A stretch of DNA of 64,000 nucleotides from Octopus vulgaris (Eukaryota): the NCBI GenBank assembly GCA_951406725.2, contig OX597822.1, forward strand, positions 42,656,001 through 42,720,000. Direction: 5' to 3'. Below are positions 51,126-64,000 of this stretch, in pieces. The position numbers and the translations under genes were made by a program. The notes below the pieces were generated by a model. The model was not told the origin of the DNA. It did no database searches and saw only the letters and a list, made by a program, of their open reading frames with translations. Each line of letters opens with the position of its first letter. Position 1 is the stretch's first letter.

Positions 51126-51389
51126 AAAATTTATGTGTCATGAAGATCATGTTGGAGGAACCCAGCAGAAACTTATGTTATTTTTGGGTGTTGATAAAAA
51201 TGCCTAGGCAATGGGTAGGAAATAATTGGCGAGGGTGGAAGCTGACAACATCCTGGGTGGATGGTAGGGAGATCAACATACTGTAAGTATTAACCAACAT
51301 ACAAAAACAAATATACATTCACTCACTCACACACAAACATGTGTATATATACCTGTTTTTTGTTTAGGCAACAAAGTAAATAAATACAA

Positions 51390-51429
<40 letters not shown>

Positions 51430-53328
51430 ATACACACACATACACATACAAATATATATGTATATATTATGTAAACAATATAGTGTCAAATTTCATTAAA
51501 ATGCTTGAATATATACATACACACACAGTTTTTTGCATTCATATACGCACACCTATTATTATAATATATATATATAAACTGTGTGTGTATACACATACAC
51601 ACAGAACAGCATGTCTGAAGAACTTCAGCAAGAGCACATACATGTTTATATGTGTATGTATACCTATACACATGTAGCTACATACATACATGGTCTAATA
51701 TTGTATAAAAAAAAAAAAGCAAACAAAAAAAGGCAGAGACATGTGAGGGAGCAACAAACAAGACGTATTAGTTTGACACTCAGGAAAAATTTAAGAGTCC
51801 TTGATGTTTCAAGCCTATATATATACATACCTATTCGTACATAGACACACACATACATACGCTCATGATTGTTCATCCATCAAATTTTCCAATGACCCAG
51901 CAATTCATGGAAGCAAGGAAGAAGTAAAGAAACCAGGTATGCAGGGGACCCAAGCATCACAATCACAACCATTCATGTCCACACTACATCTTCCATGCAC
52001 CTGAAGCTATGGAAAATAACAGAATTTCATTGACACAAATGTGTGACATCCCCACAGCTGCAGCAGTGAAAAGATTGCCATCTAAGCTTTACAAATTTTC
52101 CATCATCAATAATCGACGAAAGCCATGACTGCCTGACTTTACAGTATTTGAAACTGGTGAGACAGGCAAATTTGGTTAAGGGAGAGCACACTGTGACAGT
52201 CCCTGCCTTATACTACACCTTCCATTAGCCTGAAACAATGGCAGTAGAATATATTTTTGCAGATGTGTGTAATACTGCAACTACTAAGACAAGACTAATT
52301 GAGGTCTTTCATTTGTGTGTCACCGTCTTACTTTTTAGACATAGATGCTAGACTAGTGCAAGTTTATATTTTAAAGTGAGAAAGCGCAGTCTGAACATAT
52401 GACTCATTTCCTCATTCTCAAATAATATGCCCGGTGGCAAGACAAAGACAACTGGACTGGTATGAGAATGTAGGTGATTGATAAAGGAGCTGAAGAGATC
52501 TCCACATCTTAAATACATCTAACTTGACATACACATATATACACAAACACATCTGCACTTATGTAGTATACATACATGTATATTTTGGCATTCGGAAGGG
52601 CAATCAGCCAGAGAAACAAGCCAAATCAGACTGGAAGTGGGTGCAGCTCTCCTGCTTGCAAGCTCTGGTCAGACCATCCAATCAATGCCAACATGAAATG
52701 GTGATGCTGACGATGTATATACACACAAACACACACACAGATGTACCTATATCTGCGCGAGCTGGCAGAAACGGTAGCACTCCGGGCTAAATGCTTAGAG
52801 GTATTTTGTCTGTTGTTACGTTCTGAGTTCTAATTCCACCGAGGTCGACTTTGCCTTTCATCCTTTCGGGGTCGATAAATTAAGTACCAGTTACGCACTG
52901 GGGTCGATGTAATCGGCTTAATCCGTTTGTCTGTCCTTGTTTGTCCTCTCTGTGTTTAGCCCTTTGTGGGTAGTAAAGAAGCAGATGAAACAGATATTTA
53001 AATATATATACATTTATCCACATAAACATACACACATATAGATATCTACACATGTACTTTTATACATATATGCAAACACACACAGAAACATCCATATATA
53101 TGTTTTTGAAAGCGTGAAGCTAATGGACAATTTGCCAGTACCACCTGACTGGCCCTCGTGCTGGTGGCACGTAAAAAGCATCCACTATACTCTTGGAGTG
53201 GTTGGCATTAGGAAGGGCATCCAGCTGTAGAAACTCTGCCAGATCAGATAGGAGCCATCTAGTTTGCCAGTCCTCAGTCAAACTGTCCAACCCATGCTAA
53301 CATGGAAGCGGCCGTTAAACGATTATGA

Positions 53329-53373
<45 letters not shown>

Positions 53374-53400
53374 AAACTTTCTGCCAATTAAATGTCTGTT

Positions 53401-53440
<40 letters not shown>

Positions 53441-54651
53441 TGTGTGTGTGTGTTTTTGTTCAAAATATATGTCTGAGTGTGGTGTATTCCAGCATCATGG
53501 CCATCAAGAAGGACTGGCTTCATTTCTGCCTCATTTTCTATCTTCCCATTTCAAACTGTGCTCTCTATTTTCTTCTTGGGCTTCATTGTTGCCAGCCACT
53601 CTTGACCACCTATCTCATTCGTTGGTCGACTGCTCTCTCTCTCTCTCTCTCTCTCTCACTCACTCAATCTTATCCATTTATCTTTTTAACTTATCTCTCT
53701 TTATAACACTTTCTCTTTCTTCCACCTCTCTCAGCACAATCACTGCTTTCTCTTCTATAGCTCGACATGAAACATTTAAAAAAAACAAAACAACATGTGA
53801 CTTGGTGTTTTATATATATATATAGATATTTTTAGAATGCTTGTGGATTAACCAATTCCTAGCTTTCAAACCTGGAATTTCTGCATTGAGATAGCTAGCA
53901 ACTTGGCACCTGCTCCTTCTCACCAAGGTCTGCTGGAATGCTTACAATGACAGTGGCAAGTGTGCTACATCTTATAGAAATATACTCGACATCATGCTAT
54001 GTCTAACACATTTCTGTTTTTATATACTCATTTGTTCCCATTTAGCTGAGCAGGTCTGCACGCACAAACACACACATACATATTTGTGTGTGTATGTGTA
54101 TGTTTCTCCTAATAAGAAGTGGCACAGACCATGATGACCCATCCAACTTATGCATGGAAAATAGTTGTGAAATGAAGCTATATCACATATATACACACAA
54201 ATACATACATACGCATATACACATGCACATAAAAGCATATATGTATAGACATATACAAATACATACTTGCATAAACACACACATATATGCTTACATTCTT
54301 TTATTCTTTATGTTTCTGTCATTTGACTGTGGCCATGCTGGAGCACCGCCTTTAGTTGAACAAATCAATGCCAGGACTTATTCTTTGTAAGCCTAGTACT
54401 TATTCTATCTCTTTTGCTGAACCACTAAGTTATGGGGTTGTCAAGTTATGATGGAGGGACAAACACAGACACACAGACATATACATAAACGACAGGCTTC
54501 TTTTAGTTTCTGTCTACCAAATCCACTCACAAGGTTTTGGTCAGCCTGAGGTTATAATAGAAGACACTTGCTCAAGGTGCCGTGCAGTGGGACTGAAACC
54601 GGAACCATGTGGTTGGTAAGCAAGCTACTTACCACACTGCCACACTTGCAC

Positions 54652-54693
<42 letters not shown>

Positions 54694-55575
54694 TACACAC
54701 ACACACACACACACACAGGAGTACATAAGCATGATGTGTGTGTGTGTGTGTGTGTGTGAGTGTAAGATGACTGAAAGGCCATGTGTATATGTGTATAAAT
54801 AATGTAATGCTAAGTGTTTATGCGTGTGCCCGCATTGCTACGGTATGTATTCATAAATAATATCTAAAACACCATGACTAAAAAAACAAAGTAATCGCAA
54901 CTTCATTAGAAGCAACACACACACACATTCACAGCAGTGTCCAGGTAACAGTGAATCAAGAAGCTGAGATGCTCACCCACTTCCATCATTGCCATGCAGG
55001 CCACCATCAGCATCATTATCACTGTCAGTCAAACTGACTCACACCTACAACACACTGAGCTTATATCATTAACCTGAAAGTTTCTGGAACTAATGAGAAA
55101 TGTATGTGAGCATGTGGCTATGTATGTCTACTTGTAGGTGTATATATGAGTCTGTCTGCTCCATATATGTGAGAGTGTGTAAGCATGTGTGTACAGTTTA
55201 ATTACATGGCTACATGTGCATTTGCGAGTGCACATATGTAAACAAGTACATTGTGTGTATGTGTGTATAGATGACTAAATGAAAACTAATTTCAGAGTAC
55301 ATGTGTAAATGTTAAACAAAGTAACATATTTAATTAATAAAGTTGCAATAAATGGAAAAAAAAACATTAAAAAAAAAATTTTCAAATTTACTTTCTACTC
55401 TCTCCCCCACTCAATACCATCACCCACTCCACATCAAACCTTCACCACCATTAGAGTTATCCTTACACCCGCTTCCTATTATCTACACTTCACGTTATAA
55501 CCACCACCATCACCACCGTCGCTGCCGCCAGTACCAACTGAAATGAGAATTAGTCAACAGAGAGAGCTATTACAT

Positions 55576-55842
55576 CAGGGCTGGCCAAATTGGGGCCCAC
55601 AGGCCACATGCAACCCGCTTATACTTTCTGGAAATGGGTTTATTTTAACAAACATTTAAAGAAGTTTTATCAAAAATTAAAGATTGTAATGAAAAATAGA
55701 AGAGAAAGATACTATTTTTGCAACGATAATATTGTAATAGCATAATGCTTTCAAAATGCTTTCAGTTGTCAGTATAAAAGTGACCCTCAAAAAACTGTAA
55801 TTAAAGTAGCCCACAATTTAATTTTCGAGTTGGCCAGGCCTG
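55576..55842. mobile_element. hAT/Charlie-type MITE
   Basis: TIRs cagggctggccaa / ttggccaggcctg; subterminal ggcccacaggccaca motif. Confidence 0.65.
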
Positions 55843-56498
55843 TACATGATTGCTCAGCATGCAAGAAATAGCAGCTAAATCTCTTTCGCCTTTAGTCGAG
55901 CAAATCAACCCCAGGACTTATTCTTTGTAAGCCTAGTACTTATTCTATCGGCTCTTTTGCCAAACCGTTAAGTGATGGGGATGTAAACATACCAGCATCG
56001 GTTGTCAAGCAATGTTGGGGGGACAAACAGACACACAAACATATACATATATATATATACAGCAGGCTTCTTTCAGTTTCCGTCTACCATATCCACTCAC
56101 AAGGCTTTGGTCGGCCTGAGGCTATAGTAGAAGATACTTGCCCAAGGTGCCATGCAGTGGGATTGAACATGGAACCCTGTGGTTGGTAAGCAAGTTACTT
56201 ACCACACACCTACACCTGGATTGCTTTTGCTCAAAGGTCTTCTTGATCAAGTGGAGGCACATTGCTTAGTGGTCATGCTGTTTCATCATCCTAAGATTGT
56301 GGTTTCAATTCTTGAACTGTACAATGCATTATGCCCCTGAGCAAGATACTTCATTTCCACATTGTCCCAGTCCACTTGGATGGCAAAAATAAGTAAACCA
56401 GTGATGAACCAGCATCCTGTCCAGGCAAGGAATATATACGACCTGAAAACAGGGAAACTGACCATATGGTTCTATATAACTCGGAAAGTAGCTTTATC

Positions 56499-56529
<31 letters not shown>

Positions 56530-59500
56530 GAGGGCTGAGATAGGGTGAAGCAACAAAATGAAATAAAACTATAACTGTTACATTTATTGAAGTGTTACTT
56601 TAGTAATGCCAGTGACTTGTCCTTTATTTCTAGTCATGACTAGAAAGAGATTTAGCTACTACCTCTAGCAGCTTGTGTGACTATATAGAAAGCTCCCTTG
56701 CAGGTTCATCTGCAGTTAAGGTTTCAACATTGTGACTTAAACTTTCAGTTATTAAATGCAGCAACAGAGCCTTACATATATCATCATCATCATTTCACAA
56801 CTATTTTCCATGCTGGCATGTGTTACTGCCCTCTTTTGATGGATTGGAGGAACCACAGCTTACTTGTTTGTGCCTTTCTTGTATGGCTTCCATGCTTAGA
56901 TATTGTTCCTCTCACCAATCACTTTTATGGCATAAGACACTTTTTTCAAAAAGTGATATTGAAAAAGAAAAAAAATCACTTCAGATCTTTTATGTACAGT
57001 TGAGCCTCCCATAAGCTAACATTGTCCCTGACAATCACTTTTTTCCTGACATGTGCTGTTGAAATTGGGATACATCTAATATGCCTGTGCATTTTTTATG
57101 CCATCAAATACAGTACTTTATTATGGCACCAGCTTTAGAGAGGTTGTCATATTCTCAGTAAGACAAAAGAGGTCCACTTGATACATAGAATAAGAAAAGA
57201 CACTTTTTCGATTTGATGATTTCATTTTTGTTTTCTTCCATTCATTTAAAAAGAGTGTGACAGGGGAGATGCCTGATGCGAGATTTTTATGGATAGATGC
57301 TCTTCCTGTCACCAACCTTTAACTGTCTTTTTCAAATAATGTGGTCCAGAGTTCCTCGCTCAAGGTTAAAAAACAGAATAATTACAGCTTGATCACAGGT
57401 CTGCTCTTATGGTTAAATAACAACCACTGCCTTCACTAAATCTTTCTCAAATCACACCTGTATTTGGTCATATAAATATGCCCCAAAACAACATTGGTCA
57501 AGGCCAAAACACCCTTAATCATAAGTCTTCTCAATCAAGATTGATCCAAGGTTAAACAACATGCACCACCACCACCACCACAGACAGACACACATTCAAG
57601 GAAATGTTAACAAAATTTTTAAAGAAAATCTATTTGGTGTTGGTGATATTCAGTCACACACACACAATCATTCACCTGTACACCTACACACACAGAACAG
57701 ACTTATGTATGTCTAATGTTCAAAAATAATCTTGTCGACATCCTCACCGCCATGCTTACTCCTACATACACACTGACCCCTATTTAGTAGACCAGAGTGA
57801 TATCTCAATTGAAAAACAAAAAGAGTATCATTTTCTAATGAAAGACAACCTGAATTGTATCTTTGTTTTATTTGCATGTCTTCTTAAAGAAATAAAAAGA
57901 AAACTGGGTCAACGCCAGTAACATAAATGACATTGAGCAGGGTGGAGTTACACTACAACTATGACAAGGCTCATTTCTAATGAGGAGCTGAAAGAGTAAT
58001 AAAATGCAAATTTAATTTACAATCATTCCATCTCTTTTACAGCATTTCTTATAGTCTGAAACATGTTGACACTCATGGGTCAGCAGGCCCATGTTTGGAA
58101 CCTTCTTTTGTATATCCGTAATCACCAGCAAACTTCTTTATTTTTATGACCATCTCAGGGTAAAATTTACAAGAAAAAAAAACCTATCTCAAAATGAATT
58201 AAAATTTGTTTATTGACATCTTCAATAAAAGATCTCAAAAATCACATTTTGATAAAAATATAAAAATTAGGACCTTCTAAAGAATTTTCTACACAATGTA
58301 GATTTAAATAATTGCTTTCTTTTAATAAAAAACTTATAGCTAACTAATAAGTAGCTTTCTTCATTATAGTAAAGATGCTTATGTAGCTTTACTAAGTAAA
58401 ACTAAAAATTTTGGCTCAAAGTAAAATTTCATAATTTCCAATTTTAATATAAGTTAATTAGAAATATAGCAAGTGTCTTTTATTATAAGCTCCAGCTGAC
58501 CAATACCCTGTGAGACAATTTGTTAAACAGAAACTAAAAGAAGTGTGTGTATATGTGTGTACAAAATATCACTAACTTTTACTTTTCCATGCCTGCATGG
58601 GTCAGACAATTTATTAAAGCAAATTTTCTTCCTGTTACCAACCCATCTAGGTAATATTACCCTATAGCCCAAAATGTTTTCACAGAATATCAAAAATGAA
58701 TGGCATTCATACACAACAATTACACATGCAAATAAATATGCACATATACACGCATACGATAGGCTTCCTTCAGTTTCTGTTTACCAAATTTATTGACAAG
58801 GTTTTGATTAGTTTGAGGCTATATGTAAGAGACATTTGCCCAGGGTGCCACACAGTAGGTCTGAACATGAAACCACACAGCTAGGTCTGCATCTATTAGC
58901 GTATGTGTGTGAATGTTTACAATATATGGTAAGCTTCTGCTACAGGCGATGACATCACTGCAGCTGCTGCCCTTTAGCGGTGCATTTTCAAATCCCTATA
59001 GAATAAAAAAAAATATCCCCCATCTAAAAAATAGTTAAAAGGTTGGTGGCAAAGAAAGGTATCTGTTCAGAAAAATCCTGCCTTAAGTATAGGGAAAAAA
59101 GATGTCAAATGAAAGGAAGAAAGCAAAAATTATCATATCAAATTTAGCTTTTTTTATTTACATTTTATTTTTTGTTTAATACTGTTTCAAGTTTTAATAT
59201 TGTTTGTTTTCTAAATTGTTTTTTTTTTTTAGATTATATATAATGCACCAAATTTGTGCCAGTTTTTGTTTTGATATGCATATCAGCCAGGAAAATATAT
59301 GTCAAATGATGATGGTGATGCATGCAAATGCACAAAATCTCCATTTTTATCAACATGAAATTTGCATTTACATGCACAAAGAGGTTACATAATGAGAGAA
59401 CTTGTACCTGGTCACTAATCTACTAGAAATAGTAGCCATACATCAATCAAATCCCATCCTACTATTTTAAAAGGCAAATGTGGAATATATAGTTCTAGAT

Positions 59501-61479
59501 ACAGTACAAAAATATCTGGAGAAGTCTGTCTGCTTGATTTTGCCCAACCTTTTTCAGGTTTTTTTTTTTTTTAACCCTTGAAAACAAATATCCTTATCTT
59601 ATTTTCATATCAATCTGAAAGCTGACCTGGAGTAGAGAAGGCGTGTCATTGATGAAATTGCAAATGGCAAAGAAAGGATTTTGACAAATCCAATTGATTG
59701 ACTGAACAATTGCTCAAATAGTTAACCAAATAACTAATAAAAATAAAGAAGTGAAATAAAACCAGTGCCTGTGTTTATATTGGCATAATGATCCTCCCAA
59801 GAGAGAACAAAATATATTTCAACACATGAGTTCACATTAAGAATCTAGCTAACTAAAAAAACATACAAATTGTTTTCCTAAAATATTAAGTCCAGTTTCA
59901 TTTGAGAGAGAAAGCAGGATTCATAACCCTTTACAGGGCTTCTGAGACTAGTGGGTGGGAGACAGAGGAAGGTATCCTCAAACCAGGAACCAGATTCAAA
60001 TACTGGCAACAGGGAAGGTTCCAAAGTCACCTAAGGTGCCAAGTGGTGATTTAATCCTTTAGCATATAAACCAAACGTATCTAACCCAAACATTCTACTG
60101 CTTATGTTTAAACCAGCCAGATCTGGCCTCTTATGCCTGTTGTTCTAAAACTAAACATTCACATCATCAAAATCTCAAAATCATGAGATAATGCAAGATT
60201 CACACAGTGGAATTGGTTAAAAAGCAAGTTTCCTAGCCACACAGTCATGCTAGCCCTTAATTTAGGAACAATGCTAGTAGTTTTGAACATTGGAAAAGGA
60301 TCGATACCATCAACCCTGGGGTTTGACTGATACTTTATTTTACTGACCCTGAAGGATAAAAGGCAAAGTTGACCTCTACAGGATTTGAACTCAGAATGTA
60401 AAGAATTAGAACAACTACTGCTAAGCATTCTGCTTGGTGCTCTGACAACTGCCAATGCCCCATCAAATAATAGTGATTTCCAATTTTGGCACAAGGCCAG
60501 CAAATTCGGGGGAAGGGGGTAAGTCAATTACATCGACCCCAGTGTTCAACTGGTACTTGTTTTATCAACCCTAAAAGGATGAAGGGTAAAGTCGACCTCA
60601 GGGGTAATTTGAACTCAGAATGTAAAGACAGATGAAATGCCGCTAAGCATTTTACCCAGCGTACTAACAATCCTGCTAACTTACCACTTTCACCCATCTA
60701 ATAATCCTTTCTACTATAGGCACAAGGCCTGAAATTTGGGGGGAGGGGGTAAGTCGATTATATTGACTCCAGTGTTCAACTGGTACTTGTTTTATCGACC
60801 TCAAATGAACGAAAGGTAAAGTCGACCTCAGAACGTAAAGACAGATGAAATGCCACAAGTATTTTGTCCAGCATTCTGACAATTCTGCCAGCTCACTGCC
60901 TTCCCCTATCTAATAATAACAATAAAAGTGTACTATATAAACTGGAGACATACAATTTGTCTTACAATAAAAAAAAACCCCCAAAGAAACAAAAAATATT
61001 TCCAAAAGAAACAAAACCTGCCACCAAAAAGAAATGCAAAAAATTCACTAAAAGGAGACTCTTTATCATCACAGAGGTCAATAGTAATCTGTATTGGAAA
61101 TTTTCAATAACCAATCAATGTATTGAATTGTGGCAGTCTTTTAGATTAGGTCTTTTGATATAATTCTTACAAACTTCTTTTTTGCACAAGGAAAAACAAC
61201 ACACAAAGTTATTGATAATGAAATATTATGTTAAGAGTATTTTAGTTGTTATTGTAGCACATATTTGTAGAACGTAGTCTATCATTTTCTTTCCATTTTC
61301 TCCGTTTTCTTTCGAAACCTTTCCCTCACACATTTTGTAACCTACCCCTCTTAAATTCCCTTGTTCATTGCTCTTGTGACAATATTATTATTGAAGAACC
61401 TTTTCACTACCAAGGACCCCTTTCATTTAAACAACTTTTCCCATGGATCCCTTTTAATAAGCTTATCCTCATGTATCTA

Positions 61480-61531
<52 letters not shown>

Positions 61532-64000
61532 TTTTAATTTAGTTCATGGACCCCCAGGGGTCTGCGGACCACAGGTTAGGAACCACTGTTCTAATCATCA
61601 TTTAACGTCCATTGTCCATGCTGGCATGGTTTGGATGGTTTGACCAGGGCTGGTAAGCTGGAAGGCTGCACCAGACTCCAGTCTGATCTGGCATGGTTTT
61701 CTACAGCTAGGCGCCCTTCATAACACCAACCACTGAGAGTGTAACAGGTGCTTTTATGTGCCACCAGCATAGGTGCCATTTGCGTGACACCAGTACCTTC
61801 AACGACTGAATTCGCTTGGCTCAATGGGTCTTCTCAAGCATGAGATAATGCCCAAGGTCTCAGTCATTGCTTCCATAAAGACCACAGTATTATAGACACA
61901 GGCATGATTGTGTGACTAGGAAGCTTGCTTTGCAACCATGTGGTTTTGAGTTCAGTCCCACTAAGCGATACCTTGGACAAGTGTCTTCTACTATAGCCCC
62001 GTGTTGTGAGTAATGTTGGTAGATGGAAATGGGAAGAAGCCAGTTGTGTATGTGCACATGTGTATCTGTGCTTGCCCTTCCCACTTCTTGACAACTAGTG
62101 TTGGTTTGTTTACATTCCTGTATGCTAGCGGTTCATCAATCGAGACTGATAAAATAAGTACCAGGCTTATAAGTACCATACTGAAGGGATGAAAGAAAGT
62201 CGACCTCAGCAGGATTTGAACCCAGAACACAAACACCCAGAAGGATTTTGTGCTAATGATGCTGCCAGCTCACTGCCATATATGCATATGTTAGAAGCCA
62301 TTATCATTATGATCTTCATCACCATAAAAGATCAACGGGTGACAGAATTCTTTTTTTTTTTCTACTCTAGGCACAAGGCCCGAAATTTTGGGGGAGGGGG
62401 CCAGTCGATTAGATCAACCCCAGTATGCAACTGGTACTTAATTTATCGACCCTGAAAGGATGAAAGGCAAAGTCGACCTTGGCGGAATTTGAACTCAGAA
62501 CATAAAGACAGACGAGGGTGACAGAATAATTAAAACATCAGACAACATTTCTGGCTGTATCTAGTGATATTACTTTAGCTTAGGGGGTTCAAATCCAACA
62601 CGTATCAACTTATTTATACATTCTAGGGTTGACTAAATAAGTGCCAACTGTGTGTTCATCACCAGCAATGCCTGGACATTACGTCCTGAGTCAAACTCGT
62701 GGGGCCAGTAACATGGTTTTTATAGTGCTTAAGGGTCAGAATGGGGCAACAGTCCATTGCAGGGTTACTCTTTACAGCTGAATGAAGTGAAACAACATAA
62801 AAGGGTGTGTTTTACTCAATAACACAATGCATTGCTCAGTCCAGGAACTGAAACCATGATTACAGGAACACCCTAACCACTAAGCCACACATCTTCATTT
62901 TGTGTATTCGGGTTGATATCATCAGTAATACCCTTCTCTGTAATTTATGACCTAGTGCCACAGGATAAAGATTAATCAGGAATTATTGTATCTCAAGGGT
63001 TTGGAGGAGTGGAGTGAGGAGAAACAATCATTAAAACCCATTGACACCATGGTTTTGAGGTTGGACATGAGAGGTTGTCCTTTATGCTTTGTTGAATGAG
63101 CAAATCTACAGTTGGCAGAAATAATGGACATTGGTAAGTGGCAAATGGACTAGTCTGTTAAGGCTGGCCTGAAATATGTAGTAGAATGCTTTGCAAAAGC
63201 AGCCAGCAGAGTGGCTGCTTGTTTTGTGCAAAGGGCACAAAATACAACTGATACAGCAGACGATGCAGGTAAAAGTGCAGAAGTTTATGTACAATATGGT
63301 ACTGTGACTTGGAGACAAGTGACAGTTGTCATAATCATCAGCATTTAACAATACAGTTTTCCATGCTGGCATGGGCTGGATCGTTTGACAAGAGCCAGCA
63401 AGGCCAGGAGTCGCATCAGGTTTCATTTACTGTTTTGGCATGGTTTCTACAGCTGGATGTCCTTCTGAATGCAAACCACTTTTTAGAGTAATGGGTGTTT
63501 TTTTACACAGCGCCAGTGCCTTTCACATGGCACCAGCACTGATAGGGTCACTAAGGACCTTATGAGTATTTTAGGGTAAACACTCTTGTACTGAGGGAGC
63601 TGCTGTACTCTGTCTCAGAATGCAAGAATCAATGCCTAATTAGTGGATGAAGTAACATTGCAGGGGTTTTGGCATTTTACACCACAAACACCAGAGCTGC
63701 CTGGAGCCACTTACCATTGTAGACAACAGAACTCCTAAACAATAGCATGAGTTTTGTGGAGTTAGATGCTGTGACACTGAGCTGGATATCATCCTCAATG
63801 CTCATTGCTTCAAATATAGGCTACATCTGTTCCCACAATCAGCAGTGACTTGGTCAGTGAATCCTCTGCGACAGTCAACTATTATCAGCAAGATGAGCTG
63901 CCATGGATCACACTATCCCAAAGTGTGTAAGCATGTGACCAGGGACATATTGAACTTGTATTTCCACTGAAACTCCCAAACAGGACTTGATGGTTGGAGC

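Noticed and set aside
50072-51150. Long His/Thr-rich ORFs (274-333 aa)
   Set aside because: Translation of a compound CA/GT satellite with no domain signal.
59408-59439. ATG...AG|gtacaa candidate first exon (minus strand)
   Set aside because: Phase 2, incompatible with the phase-0 acceptor, and lies within a dispersed repeat.
63100-64000. Higher-complexity sequence resembling decayed coding DNA
   Set aside because: No recognisable motif in the frames I examined; cannot be assigned without a database search.

Overview
AT-rich, microsatellite- and transposon-dense eukaryotic DNA. The repeat families look like those of a coleoid cephalopod, most likely Octopus (inference). The only protein-coding gene I can support is on the minus strand: an ANKRD28/44/52-family PP6 regulatory ankyrin-repeat subunit. 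Seven coding exons with canonical GT-AG boundaries can be read directly (24863-24946, 20962-21111, 19601-19801, 17612-17764, 12136-12339, 10654-10740, 1209-1287; about 319 aa). The gene continues beyond position 1, and its first exon is not securely identified. The rest is intron or upstream DNA filled with three tRNA-headed SINE families, an RTE-type non-autonomous retroposon family, hAT, piggyBac and Tc1/mariner MITEs, a decayed DD37D transposase, CR1-group LINE ends, and mini- and microsatellites. The most notable observation is a young non-coding element at 6355-7418 inserted in (TA)n. It has two identical 220-bp terminal repeats (period 844 nt), each carrying all hammerhead-ribozyme core segments in exact pairing register but in a non-circularly permuted order. 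Related (TA)n-associated fold-back elements and a degenerate minimal hammerhead occur elsewhere, consistent with Penelope-like or retrozyme activity. No prokaryotic systems, CRISPR arrays or true tRNA/rRNA genes were found.
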